A model generated the notes under the pieces. That model made no database searches and was not told where the DNA came from. It saw only the letters and a program-made list of their open reading frames with translations. Source: Fibrobacterales bacterium (GTDB lineage Bacteria; Fibrobacterota; Fibrobacteria; Fibrobacterales; JAOPTW01). From it: 64,000 nucleotides of DNA. The stretch is from NCBI GenBank assembly GCA_051532055.1, contig JAOPTX010000003.1:153064-217063 (forward strand), written 5' to 3'. Shown in pieces: positions 27,159 through 35,810 of this stretch (its first letter is position 1; each line of letters opens with the position of its first letter). Both the position numbers and the translations under genes were made by a program.

Positions 27159-29522
27159 ATGGTACAATATATTTTACGGTTAAGCTCCATCTCTATGTTA
27201 ATAGCTCTCGGTGCATGTTCTGCTATTACCGATGCAACTTCAGGCGAAGAAGATGAAGAATCTGTAGTGGATATCGCGGTATCGAGCTCTCAAATCGTGC
27301 TCTCTTCGAGCGCGCTTAATGGGGGGAGTACTACACCAAGTTCTTCATCGATGAGTACTCCAGGTACAACCGTCGTCCACTCAATACCCACAGCTGTCGA
27401 TCTTGCGATACGAGTGAATACCACTGAACACCATCTTATTGGATCGTTCACGTATCGTGATTCTGATGGTAAACAACAGGGAGAGAGTAAAATCAAGTGG
27501 TTTCGTGACGGAATCCTGATTGACAGCTCAAATACTCTAGATAGCATCTACCGCGCTAATCGTGTGTTTTTGTATCCTCTTACTATGGTAGATAGTAATG
27601 CTACCATAACGTTTGAGGTAACGCCTGCTGGCGTTTCACTTCCTGATAGTAGTATTGTTGTTGGGGTAATGGTTTCTACTACAACAATGGTGAGCTCAGG
27701 TTTTTCTGCTCCCACCGCATTAGTTACTCTTACGGGAAGCGCTCAAGAAGGGGATACTCTTGTTGCTGGGTATCGCTATAGGGATACAGAGAATGATCCT
27801 GAAGGACAGTCCCTGCTACAATGGTATCGTGATTCTGTACCAATTGTTGATGCAACAGAGCTTTCATATAGGATAAGCAAAGCTGATAGTGGCAGTGTTA
27901 TTTGGATAGAGGTGACACCGGTTGCCACACAAGGAAGTAATCTGGTCGGGGCTGTCGCTCGATCAACAAGCATGCACGTAAAAGGATTTAACCCTCCCAT
28001 TGCTCGAGGGGTTGTAGTAAATGGTGACATTAAACAAAACAGCATGTTGACTGTCGGCTATAATTTTTTTGATCCGGATGGCGACCTAGAGGCTGTGTCT
28101 CCTATACAATGGTATCGTGACTCCCTCGCAATAGATGGAGCGACTGATTCAAGTTATACTATTACCTATGCAGATAGCGGTAGAGCGATCACAGTAGGAG
28201 TAACTCCAACGGCGGTTTCTGGTCATAATGCTATTGGGTATGAAGTGCGAGCCACTAAAAAATGGGTAACGAATACGTATCACTATCCTCATATTACGCT
28301 TATAGACGTTTCAAACAATAGCACACAGGATTCGACCCTAATAGGGAGTTATACCTATAATGATGGGGATGGTGATGAGGAAGGCCTTTCAACATATCGG
28401 TGGCTCAGAGATGGGGTTGCTATTGATGGTGCAGTTGATACAGCCTATACTATAACGTATGCAGATAGTGGTGCCGTTTTGAGCTTTGAAGTGACGCCAG
28501 TGGCTCTGACGGGTCATAACCTCATAGGCAAAAGTTCGAAAAGCTCTATCAATGCAATCAGTGGATATAATGCTCCAGTGTTTCATGGGCTCGACTTGGC
28601 TGGCACTCCTCACCCTGGTGACACCCTCACAATGTCTTATAGTTATTATGATCATGATGGTGACGCTGAAGGTGTCTTTCAGTATCAATGGTTACTCAAT
28701 AACGCACCCATAGCAGGGGCAGATAGTAACACGTATATTGTCAAAGTAAGTGACCTTACCAATGCACTCTCTCTGGTGGCTGTTCCGGTTGCTGCAACGG
28801 GAACTACGGTTACGGGGCTTCCCGATACTACGGATCAAGTGAATGCCGTGTTTATGAATCGCAGGGTTGCTGATTCATTAGTTGATACTCGTGATGGCAC
28901 TACACAAAGCTACGATGTGGTGTTTATTGGCACCCAGATTTGGATGGCAGAGAATTTACGCTATCTTCCTGCTGTGAATAGTGTGACCGATGGGTCTGAA
29001 GATTATGTTTTCGATCCGTTTTATTATATCGATGGATACACTCTTTCAACGGTAAATGGTAATACCGAAGAGGAAAATGGCCGACTTGAATCAACCTTTA
29101 CTAAAGGTGTATTGTATAACTGGTATGCCGCTGAGACTGCCTGTCCTACTGGTTGGAGAATACCAACAGAGAGTGACTGGGATCAATTAGGCGCATTTAT
29201 TTCTGATGAAAAAACAGGGCTTCCAAAAAATGGGTCAGCATGGAAGGGAGTTGGTTACTACTTGAAAGCGAATAAGGGTTGGGCCTACTCTGGCTGGGGT
29301 AATGATACTTATAAGTTTACGGGAAATGCAGCGAGTTATCGTGATACAACAAAAACATTTGTACAGTATTCTACCAAGGCTCATTGGTGGACCGCTGAAG
29401 AGGAAAGTTTGCACGTTGGTAAAGTACAATTAATGAGCTATGCTTCGCAAGACCTGTACTCATCGGTCCTTGATAAATCGGTAGGGACATCGGTTCGATG
29501 CCTGAGTGATGATTCTCTATAA
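27159..29522 (+). CDS. lipoprotein with five tandem Ig-like repeats and a C-terminal TIGR02145 (Fibrobacter succinogenes major paralogous) domain
   Basis: Lipobox LIALGAC. Five repeats of about 95 aa occupy nt 27384-28844. The C-terminal domain starts LVDTRDGTTQSYDVVFIGTQIWMAENLRYLP and ends ...GTSVRCLSDD. This matches the 'f-x-D-x-R-D-G-x-x-Y-x-x-v-x-I-G-x-Q-x-W-M-A-e-N-L-n ... vRC' pattern. Confidence 0.88.
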   Translation: MVQYILRLSSISMLIALGACSAITDATSGEEDEESVVDIAVSSSQIVLSSSALNGGSTTPSSSSMSTPGTTVVHSIPTAVDLAIRVNTTEHHLIGSFTYRDSDGKQQGESKIKWFRDGILIDSSNTLDSIYRANRVFLYPLTMVDSNATITFEVTPAGVSLPDSSIVVGVMVSTTTMVSSGFSAPTALVTLTGSAQEGDTLVAGYRYRDTENDPEGQSLLQWYRDSVPIVDATELSYRISKADSGSVIWIEVTPVATQGSNLVGAVARSTSMHVKGFNPPIARGVVVNGDIKQNSMLTVGYNFFDPDGDLEAVSPIQWYRDSLAIDGATDSSYTITYADSGRAITVGVTPTAVSGHNAIGYEVRATKKWVTNTYHYPHITLIDVSNNSTQDSTLIGSYTYNDGDGDEEGLSTYRWLRDGVAIDGAVDTAYTITYADSGAVLSFEVTPVALTGHNLIGKSSKSSINAISGYNAPVFHGLDLAGTPHPGDTLTMSYSYYDHDGDAEGVFQYQWLLNNAPIAGADSNTYIVKVSDLTNALSLVAVPVAATGTTVTGLPDTTDQVNAVFMNRRVADSLVDTRDGTTQSYDVVFIGTQIWMAENLRYLPAVNSVTDGSEDYVFDPFYYIDGYTLSTVNGNTEEENGRLESTFTKGVLYNWYAAETACPTGWRIPTESDWDQLGAFISDEKTGLPKNGSAWKGVGYYLKANKGWAYSGWGNDTYKFTGNAASYRDTTKTFVQYSTKAHWWTAEEESLHVGKVQLMSYASQDLYSSVLDKSVGTSVRCLSDDSL
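27384..28844 (+). repeat. five tandem coding repeats of about 285 nt (about 95 aa each)
   Basis: The core Y-x-Y-x-D-x-(D/E)-G-D-x-E-G-x-x-x-(Y/Q)-x-W-x-R-D-x-x-x-I-x-G-A-x-x-x-x-Y-x-I-x-x-x-D-S-G-x-x-I-x-x-x-V-T-P-x-A recurs. Examples are VAGYRYRDTENDPEGQSLLQWYRDSVPIVDATELSYRISKADSGSVIWIEVTPVA and IGSYTYNDGDGDEEGLSTYRWLRDGVAIDGAVDTAYTITYADSGAVLSFEVTPVA. Confidence 0.8.
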
Positions 29523-29537
29523 TTAAACGTTAACAAT

Positions 29538-29588
29538 GATCTATCCTCGACCGGGTTTATTACTTGGTTGAGGGTAGATCTATTTACT
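29538..29588 (+). terminator. putative rho-independent terminator
   Basis: The arms GATCTATCCTCGACC (29538-29552) and GGTTGAGGGTAGATC (29566-29580) form a 15-bp stem, including two G:U pairs that work only in the + strand transcript. The loop is 13 nt and a weak T-rich tail (TATTTACT) follows. The hairpin begins 16 nt after the stop codon. Confidence 0.45.
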
Positions 29589-29627
29589 GTGGGAGAAGTC
29601 TTTCTCTCACTTATCTAAGATGCAGTA

Positions 29628-30995
29628 TTACCCTAAAAGCCATTTAAGTACTTTTAACTTTGTTTTTGTATAAGGAGCATATTTTAAGGGGAATTCAAAC
29701 CAAGTAGGCTTATGTAATATACCCTTATAATGGGTGAAAGTATCAAAACCAAATTTTCCATGATAACTGCCCATACCACTTGTTCCTACTCCGCCAAAGG
29801 GGAGGTTGTTGTTGGCAAGGTGGTGTATACTTTCATTAATAGCACCCCCACCAAATGAAACGCGATGTACTATAGTGTTAATGGCCTTCTTATTATTTGA
29901 GTACACATAGCAGGAGAGTGCTTTTGGCTTTGCGTTGACCTGAGCAATGGTAGCATCCAGGTCAGAAAAACTGATAATAGGGAGAATCGGTCCGAAAATT
30001 TCATCTTTCATTATGTCGTGATCAAAGGTAATGTTAGTTAGGATAGTAGGGCTAATGAAGCGGTTCTCTGTATCGGTGTGGCCACCACAATAGAGGTGGT
30101 TTGAATCAATCAACCCTTGTAATCGCTTAAAATGTGAATCGTTGATTATTTGTACAGAGTTCTCATTCTGTTGATCAGGCGTGTAATAGGTGTCAAATTC
30201 AGCTTTGAGTGCAATAAGAAATGTTTCTTCAATGGCCTTATCGACTACAATATAGTCCGGGGCAACACAGCTTTGGCCGCTGTTTATTAATTTTGCCCAT
30301 GCAATTCGTTTTGCTGATATCGCTATATCTGCGTCTGCAAGCACAAAGGTTGGACTCTTACCACCCAGTTCAAGAGTGACCGGTGTGAGGTGTTTTGCTG
30401 CGGCCTGATAGACAATTTTTCCTACCTGAGTACTGCCCGTAAAGAATATTTTATCAAACCTCTGAGTTAATAACTCGGTTGTCGTATGTACATCGCCTTC
30501 TACCACATGAAAATAGTTGCTGGGGAAGGTGTTGTTGATGAGGCGAGCCATTATATTTGATGTTCTGGTGGGGAGTTCACTGGGCTTGAGTATGACGGTG
30601 TTGCCAGCGCCAATTGCTGATATTGCGGGTAGCAACGAGAGGGCATAGGGGTAGTTCCATGCGCCAATGATGAGTGTAGTACCGAGGGGTTCCGGCATAA
30701 TGTAACTTCGGGCTGGAAGATTAGCGAGGTTAGTAGGTACCCGTTTCTTAGTATTCCATTTTTTTATGCGCTTGATAAAGGTATGGATCTCATGATATAT
30801 CTGAGAGATCTCTGCTATGTAGGTTTCAAACTCAGATTTACCAAAATCAGCATAAATAGCTTCATAGAGCTCTGTTTCATTCTCTTCAAGCATTTTTTTT
30901 AATGCGCGCAATTGTTTAATTCTAAAGGGTATTTCTTTTGTTGTGTGAGTACCAAAGAAATCTCTTTGAGTGCTAATAAGCTCTGTTACGTTCAT
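29628..30995 (-). CDS. aldehyde dehydrogenase, class-3-like (NAD(P)+)
   Basis: ALDH motifs: catalytic Glu in LELGGKSP, catalytic Cys in NSGQSCVAPDY, plus DEIFGPILP and FGGVGTSGMGSYHG. The 455-aa length is typical of the ALDH3 type. Confidence 0.92.
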   Translation of the reverse strand: MNVTELISTQRDFFGTHTTKEIPFRIKQLRALKKMLEENETELYEAIYADFGKSEFETYIAEISQIYHEIHTFIKRIKKWNTKKRVPTNLANLPARSYIMPEPLGTTLIIGAWNYPYALSLLPAISAIGAGNTVILKPSELPTRTSNIMARLINNTFPSNYFHVVEGDVHTTTELLTQRFDKIFFTGSTQVGKIVYQAAAKHLTPVTLELGGKSPTFVLADADIAISAKRIAWAKLINSGQSCVAPDYIVVDKAIEETFLIALKAEFDTYYTPDQQNENSVQIINDSHFKRLQGLIDSNHLYCGGHTDTENRFISPTILTNITFDHDIMKDEIFGPILPIISFSDLDATIAQVNAKPKALSCYVYSNNKKAINTIVHRVSFGGGAINESIHHLANNNLPFGGVGTSGMGSYHGKFGFDTFTHYKGILHKPTWFEFPLKYAPYTKTKLKVLKWLLG

Positions 30996-31224
30996 GAGTA
31001 TACTTTTTTATCAAGGCTGTTATAGAGCGAAAGTAGTAAGATTCCTGTGGCATGTCAGATATTATACCTTCAAAATTGATGGTATCCCTTTCATTTAAAA
31101 TTCTTGCGTTAGAGGGCAGGTGCTGATTGCATCCTCTTTTTGGTATATGGATTTCGTCTATACTGGTCACTTCTGAAAAAGATATTTTACCTTTAACCCA
31201 AAAGAATATTAGGTATATGTAGAT

Positions 31225-31569
31225 ATGATTAAACAAGAGACGATGGATGCAATATTAAAATTCAGAAACGATCGTGATTGGGAACAATTTCACACGATTA
31301 AAGATCAATGCCTCGGGTTGGGAATTGAGGTGGCTGAATTACAAGAGCTATTCCTCTGGAAGAACAAGGAAGAATTATCTGATACAATAGAAAACAAAGC
31401 TGAAGCCATTAGTGATGAGTTGGCTGATATTTTTGTCTATTTAGCCTATATAAGCAATGATTTAGGGATTGATCTCAATGACGCTGTGAAACGAAAAATG
31501 GATAAAAACAGCAAAAAATACCCTGTTGATAAAGCGAGAGGGTCCAATAAGAAGTATAATGAACTGTAA
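31225..31569 (+). CDS. MazG-like nucleotide pyrophosphohydrolase (small all-alpha NTP-PPase)
   Basis: FRNDRDWEQFHT...LGIEVAELQELFLWK...ELADIFVYLAYISNDLGIDLNDAVKRKMDKNSKKYP matches the dimeric MazG/YpjD-type pattern, including the E-x-x-E and E-x-x-D metal motifs. Confidence 0.8.
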   Translation: MIKQETMDAILKFRNDRDWEQFHTIKDQCLGLGIEVAELQELFLWKNKEELSDTIENKAEAISDELADIFVYLAYISNDLGIDLNDAVKRKMDKNSKKYPVDKARGSNKKYNEL

Positions 31570-31697
31570 TAGAGGCCTCACTCGCTGTTCTATACCTAGA
31601 ATGGCCTTTAAAAAAGCGATTTCATCTAGAATATTTTATCTTTGATACCGTTCTGCATACTGAAGCATACAGTGGTAGCAGTGTACATAATCAAGAT

Positions 31698-32672
31698 ATG
31701 CAACTACGGTACATTATGGCTTTACAAAAAAAACAACAAGAAAAAGCAAGACTCCATTCTCGAAATAAAAACCGAGAAAACTATGATTTAAACGCATTAA
31801 TTACTGCTGTTCCTGAACTGGCACAGTTTATAATACCAAATAAATTTGGGGTAAAATCAGTTGATTTTGCAAATCCAGTTGCAGTTAAGCTTTTGAACCA
31901 AGCATTACTTAAATATTATTATGGCATAAAGAACTGGGATTTCCCTGATGAAAATTTGTGCCCACCAATACCAGGCAGAGCTGATTATATTCATCATGTT
32001 GCTGATTTACTCGGCGAAAAAAATGGGGGGAGTATTCCAACAGGTAATGCAATCACGTGCCTTGATGTTGGAGTAGGGGCAAGTTGTATTTACCCTATTA
32101 TTGGTGCTACTGAATATAAGTGGAATTTTATTGGGTCTGACACTAATCCAAGGTCTGTTGCGTCAGCCCAAAAAATTGTGCAATCAAACGCATCAATAAA
32201 AGATAAGATTCAATGCCGATTACAAGATAATCAACGCAACTTTTTTCATGGCATAATAAGTAAATTTGATTCCATAGATATGGTGGTCTGTAATCCTCCT
32301 TTTCATTCTTCTATTGAAGAAGCGCAGAAAGGGACACGAAGAAAAGTTCATAATTTGTCGGGCAGAAAAGAAGTCATGCCTGAGCGCAACTTTTCTGGAT
32401 TAAGCAGTGAACTTATTTATGCAGGTGGCGAATATAAATTCGTTAAAAACATGATTGGAGAAAGTGAAAAGTTCTCTACAAACTGTTATTGGTTTTCGAC
32501 CTTAGTATCTAAGCAGTCAAACCTGAAAGGATTCTATAAATTACTTGATAGAGTAGGGGCTGTTCAGGTCAAAACGATCCCTATGGGTACGGGTAATAAA
32601 TCGAGCCGCATCGTAGCATGGTCATTCCTTTCTGAAGATGAACAGGCAGAGTGGCGTAGAGCAAACTGGTAA
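31698..32672 (+). CDS. rlmF: 23S rRNA (adenine1618-N6)-methyltransferase RlmF-like
   Basis: LHSRNKNRENYDLNAL...SVDFANPVAVKLLNQALLKYYYGIKNWDFPDENLCPPIPGRADYIHHVADLL...LDVGVGASCIYPIIG...VCNPPFHSSIEEA closely follows the RlmF/YbiN family, including the NPPF catalytic motif. The start could instead be the Met at 31716. Confidence 0.85.
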   Translation: MQLRYIMALQKKQQEKARLHSRNKNRENYDLNALITAVPELAQFIIPNKFGVKSVDFANPVAVKLLNQALLKYYYGIKNWDFPDENLCPPIPGRADYIHHVADLLGEKNGGSIPTGNAITCLDVGVGASCIYPIIGATEYKWNFIGSDTNPRSVASAQKIVQSNASIKDKIQCRLQDNQRNFFHGIISKFDSIDMVVCNPPFHSSIEEAQKGTRRKVHNLSGRKEVMPERNFSGLSSELIYAGGEYKFVKNMIGESEKFSTNCYWFSTLVSKQSNLKGFYKLLDRVGAVQVKTIPMGTGNKSSRIVAWSFLSEDEQAEWRRANW

Positions 32673-33083
32673 GTAGCCTTTCGGCAGTATAGCCTTTTCA
32701 ATGTTCATTCAATAGTTTAAGACTGTTACCCCTTATTTTCAATGGCGTAGCTGTCTTAAGCTTTCCTTTACACAATTGCATATTAAGCAACCTCTATCAT
32801 CATATTCCGTTGGATTGTATCCACCGGTATCGGTATCGTGCGTATATAGATGAGAATTAAGTCTTCTACTCATGCTTACTTAAAGTAAATAAATATAAGA
32901 TTGTCGTCCAGGGTGTGTTCTAGGTGGCTTTATCCTCGTTATTCACTTATATTGCCCAAATTGGATGATAATAATGTAGGTGAAAATAGCTATAGCTTAC
33001 TAATAGTAATGATAAAAATACCTAACTTTAGTTTTTTATGTCGTATATTTAAACATGAACTATTTGGATTGGGAAATCTAGTT

Positions 33084-34757
33084 ATGATTAAACGAATAAC
33101 CTTATTAGGATTAGCACTGAGTATCTTTAATTGTCAAATTATCGATGTAAGAGAAGGAGAGGAGGTTGGTACAGAGAGTAGCAACTATTCCTCAATAGAG
33201 TATGAAAGTTCCGAATCAAGTACCTTAGAGGACTACTCATCTGATGAACAGTGGTCTTCGGAAAATGAAGAGGACCATTGGAGTTGTGATATATCTTCTG
33301 AAGAGTGGTCATCGTATAGCGAAGAATCTTCAGATGAATGGGTTTCTTCATCTATTGATATGTCTTCATGGCTCCCACCAATGTCTTCTTGGGTGCCTCC
33401 AACATCATCGTGGATACCTCCTATGTCATCATGGGTACCGCATTCATCAAACGTATCATCTTCATCTATTGTTGTGTATTCATCGGATATTTCATCATCA
33501 TCGATTGATCCAGGGCTGGCAACGTTTGTTGACCCTCGGGATGGTGAAGTATATCCTCTAACGACTATTAATGAACAGGTGTGGTTTGCTAAAAACCTGA
33601 ACTATAGTGGCGATAATGGCCAGGGTGGCAAAGAAGATCGTATTGGTAAATGCTGGGGTTCAGATGATCAGAGTGATACCGAATATTGTGATCGCACTGG
33701 TAGACTCTATATGTGGGCGGAGCTCAGCAACGAAAACCTTTGTCCTGTTGGATGGCATGTTCCTGAGCCTAAAGAGTGGCTTACTATGACTGATTATGTC
33801 TATTTAAACAGTAATGGTGACATCGTAAATGCACTTAAAGCTGGATGGGGTTGGGATTCTCCTTATGATTCTACAGGTGCTGATCTCTACGGATTCAGTG
33901 CAGTCGCTAATTCTGAATTGGGCAGACTTGAGCCAAGAGGTGCAGAGTTTTGGGCGGGTTATCTTGAAAGCGCTCCTCAAAATTCACTTGTTCGTGTCGC
34001 TTTGGCTTATTATCAAAATGACCATATCGCTTATTTTGGTGCAAACCGAAGCTCTTCAGAATATGGTATTCGTTGTCTGCAAGACGGCATTACTATCATA
34101 GATGAGCCAGCAGTTATTAATCATGATCCAGGTTTTGTCTATCAGTCAGTTGACCATTTAACCGGTGAATTTGTCGATGCACGTGATGGGCAAGAATATC
34201 CTTTTACACAGGTTGGTTCTCAAACATGGATGGCGGCAAACCTAAATTATTCAGGAGATGATGGCGAGGGGAATAAAACGGTAGATGTTGGTAACTGTTT
34301 TGGTTCTGATGATACTGAAGAGACTGAGAATTGTGATCTGTATGGACGATTGTATGTGCATGATACCGCAATGGGAAGAGGGTATACTACGGTTCCAGGT
34401 CAAGGGCTCTGTCCTGAAGGATGGCGCGTTCCTCTTTGGGAAGACTGGGAAGAACTTGAAGAGTATGTTGATGCCCGCAATGGTTCGCATGTTGGAGCGC
34501 GGTCACTTAAAGCAACAACGGGCTGGAGTTCAATCTATAATCGCTATGCTAACGGTACGGATGTAGTGGGTATGAACTTACAATCATATGATAAAACAAA
34601 TGGCATGGCCCATTTCTGGATGAAATCATTGAATAGCAATAGAAGCTCTACCGTGGTAGTAGGATATTATGGTACTCATTCATTGGGTCCTCATACGGGA
34701 AGCCAGGGTCCCGCTGTAATGCGGTGTATTTATGCAGCAGAGTCATTTGCTCAGTAA
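33084..34757 (+). CDS. lipoprotein with acidic Ser/Trp-rich repeats and two TIGR02145 domains
   Basis: The track ORF opens at 32901, but ATG 33084 gives a clean lipoprotein signal (MIKRITLLGLALSIFNC). There are two domains, FVDPRDGEVYPLTTINEQVWFAKNLNY...YGIRCLQDG and FVDARDGQEYPFTQVGSQTWMAANLNY...AVMRCIY. Confidence 0.85.
   Translation: MIKRITLLGLALSIFNCQIIDVREGEEVGTESSNYSSIEYESSESSTLEDYSSDEQWSSENEEDHWSCDISSEEWSSYSEESSDEWVSSSIDMSSWLPPMSSWVPPTSSWIPPMSSWVPHSSNVSSSSIVVYSSDISSSSIDPGLATFVDPRDGEVYPLTTINEQVWFAKNLNYSGDNGQGGKEDRIGKCWGSDDQSDTEYCDRTGRLYMWAELSNENLCPVGWHVPEPKEWLTMTDYVYLNSNGDIVNALKAGWGWDSPYDSTGADLYGFSAVANSELGRLEPRGAEFWAGYLESAPQNSLVRVALAYYQNDHIAYFGANRSSSEYGIRCLQDGITIIDEPAVINHDPGFVYQSVDHLTGEFVDARDGQEYPFTQVGSQTWMAANLNYSGDDGEGNKTVDVGNCFGSDDTEETENCDLYGRLYVHDTAMGRGYTTVPGQGLCPEGWRVPLWEDWEELEEYVDARNGSHVGARSLKATTGWSSIYNRYANGTDVVGMNLQSYDKTNGMAHFWMKSLNSNRSSTVVVGYYGTHSLGPHTGSQGPAVMRCIYAAESFAQ
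33360..33443 (+). repeat. four tandem 21-nt coding repeats (MSSW-x-PP heptads)
   Basis: The units are atgtcttcatggctcccacca / atgtcttcttgggtgcctcca / acatcatcgtggatacctcct / atgtcatcatgggtaccgcat. They encode MSSWLPP MSSWVPP TSSWIPP MSSWVPH. Confidence 0.85.
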
Positions 34758-34779
34758 TAATTGATCTATAGTTTAACAT

Positions 34780-34807
34780 GGCCATCTCTTTGAGGTGGCC
34801 TTTTTTT
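34780..34807 (+). terminator. rho-independent terminator
   Basis: GGCCATCTC (34780-34788), a TTT loop, and GAGGTGGCC (34792-34800) form a 9-bp stem with one G:U pair. It is followed by TTTTTTT (34801-34807) and lies 23 nt after the stop codon. Confidence 0.7.
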
Positions 34808-34854
34808 GTGCAATGAATACTATGGTGAGTCTTTAATACAGAAACACGGTTCCA

Positions 34855-35706
34855 CTACTTTTTAATGAGAGTGGAAAGCGGAAAAAGCTGAATGTTTGTT
34901 TGATATACTTTATTAGTTTTACCTTCACACTGATCAGCAATTTTGATCATTTTGTTCTTGAAATCACGAATAAGTTTATTCATGTCTGATACCCCCTGCT
35001 CATTGAGGGCTAATGTTGCAGAAAGTATATTGCGCTCTTCTTTTTGAAACCGTTCAATTGCTTGCCCGCCCAGTTCAATAAACTTTTTTTGGTTATTTCT
35101 TATAGAAATGGACTTGGGGAGATAGGGAGGTGTTTCAATAGAACTCTCTTTTTGAGTATAATAGCAGCGAGCGCCTTTCTCGTGTCGTTCTATTAGGTTG
35201 AGCTTTAAAAGGAGATTAATTGCATTTTTAGCCTGTTGCACGGTTAAGGCAGGTTTCAAGCTTGAACCCAATAATTTGAAATCATCATTGAAATCGAGCA
35301 TGGTTATTATTTCACGAATTGGTGCGACGAACCAGTTTTCATGGTATTCTGTATACAATCGTTCGAGTATATAGGGAGTTCGTGCGGGCTTTAATGATAG
35401 GAGTAAATCTCGGTAATACTCCTGGTCTGTATCGGTCGTTACTGTGCTATACTGAATTAAGACCTCAAAATAACGAGTTTCTTTAGTGTTTAAGCTGAGT
35501 AGTTTTGCCCACTTGAGAAGTGACTCTATCGTGATATTTCTTTTTCCGGTAAGTACGTTGGAAATTATCGAGCGTGATCTAAAGCCACCTTTATTCGCAA
35601 AAAACTGAAAGGAAAAAGAAGGGCTGTTCTTTTTTTTATCATCAAACCAATCTTTAATGAATAGTTGACTTGACCAATAGTCATAAATATTGATGGTGCT
35701 TGACAC
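34855..35706 (-). CDS. TIGR02147-family protein (Fibrobacter-type putative HTH regulator, DUF4423-like)
   Basis: INIYDYWSSQLFIKDWFDDKKKNSPSFSFQFFANKGGFRSRSIISNVLTGKRNITIESLLKWAKLLSLNTKETRYFEVLIQY follows the family's N-terminal pattern (Y-x-D-Y-r ... K ... FS-x-r-x-fa-x-x-x-G-f-x-S ... G-K-R-N-l ... L-x-L-x-x-x-E-x-x-YF-x-x-L-v). Confidence 0.8.
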   Translation of the reverse strand: MSSTINIYDYWSSQLFIKDWFDDKKKNSPSFSFQFFANKGGFRSRSIISNVLTGKRNITIESLLKWAKLLSLNTKETRYFEVLIQYSTVTTDTDQEYYRDLLLSLKPARTPYILERLYTEYHENWFVAPIREIITMLDFNDDFKLLGSSLKPALTVQQAKNAINLLLKLNLIERHEKGARCYYTQKESSIETPPYLPKSISIRNNQKKFIELGGQAIERFQKEERNILSATLALNEQGVSDMNKLIRDFKNKMIKIADQCEGKTNKVYQTNIQLFPLSTLIKK

Positions 35707-35810
35707 AGTACATACTCTTTTAGAATGATGGGGTCCTTAAAACATAAATGTATTAAATTCCCACTCTTAAATTCAATACGTTCAGTAAATTAAAATTTAC
35801 ACAATTCAAA

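Noticed and set aside
30973-31236. 87-aa minus-strand ORF bridging the ALDH start and the MazG start
   Set aside because: It overlaps the ALDH 5' end and the divergent promoter region. It has no motif and an implausible composition, so it is likely spurious.
31225-31569. MazG-like gene as part of an anti-phage defence system
   Set aside because: It stands alone between housekeeping-type genes (ALDH, rlmF). No partner defence genes (nucleases, NTPases, TIR/SIR2, etc.) are nearby.
32901-33083. N-terminal extensions proposed by the ORF track (32901-33083, likewise 47932-47976, 35811-35846 and 55458-55469)
   Set aside because: The extensions precede internal ATGs that yield canonical signal peptides or lipoboxes. 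In two cases these ATGs are preceded by purine-rich RBS-like sequences. The extended N-termini (e.g. MSSRVCSRWLYPRYSLILPKLDD...) look non-native.
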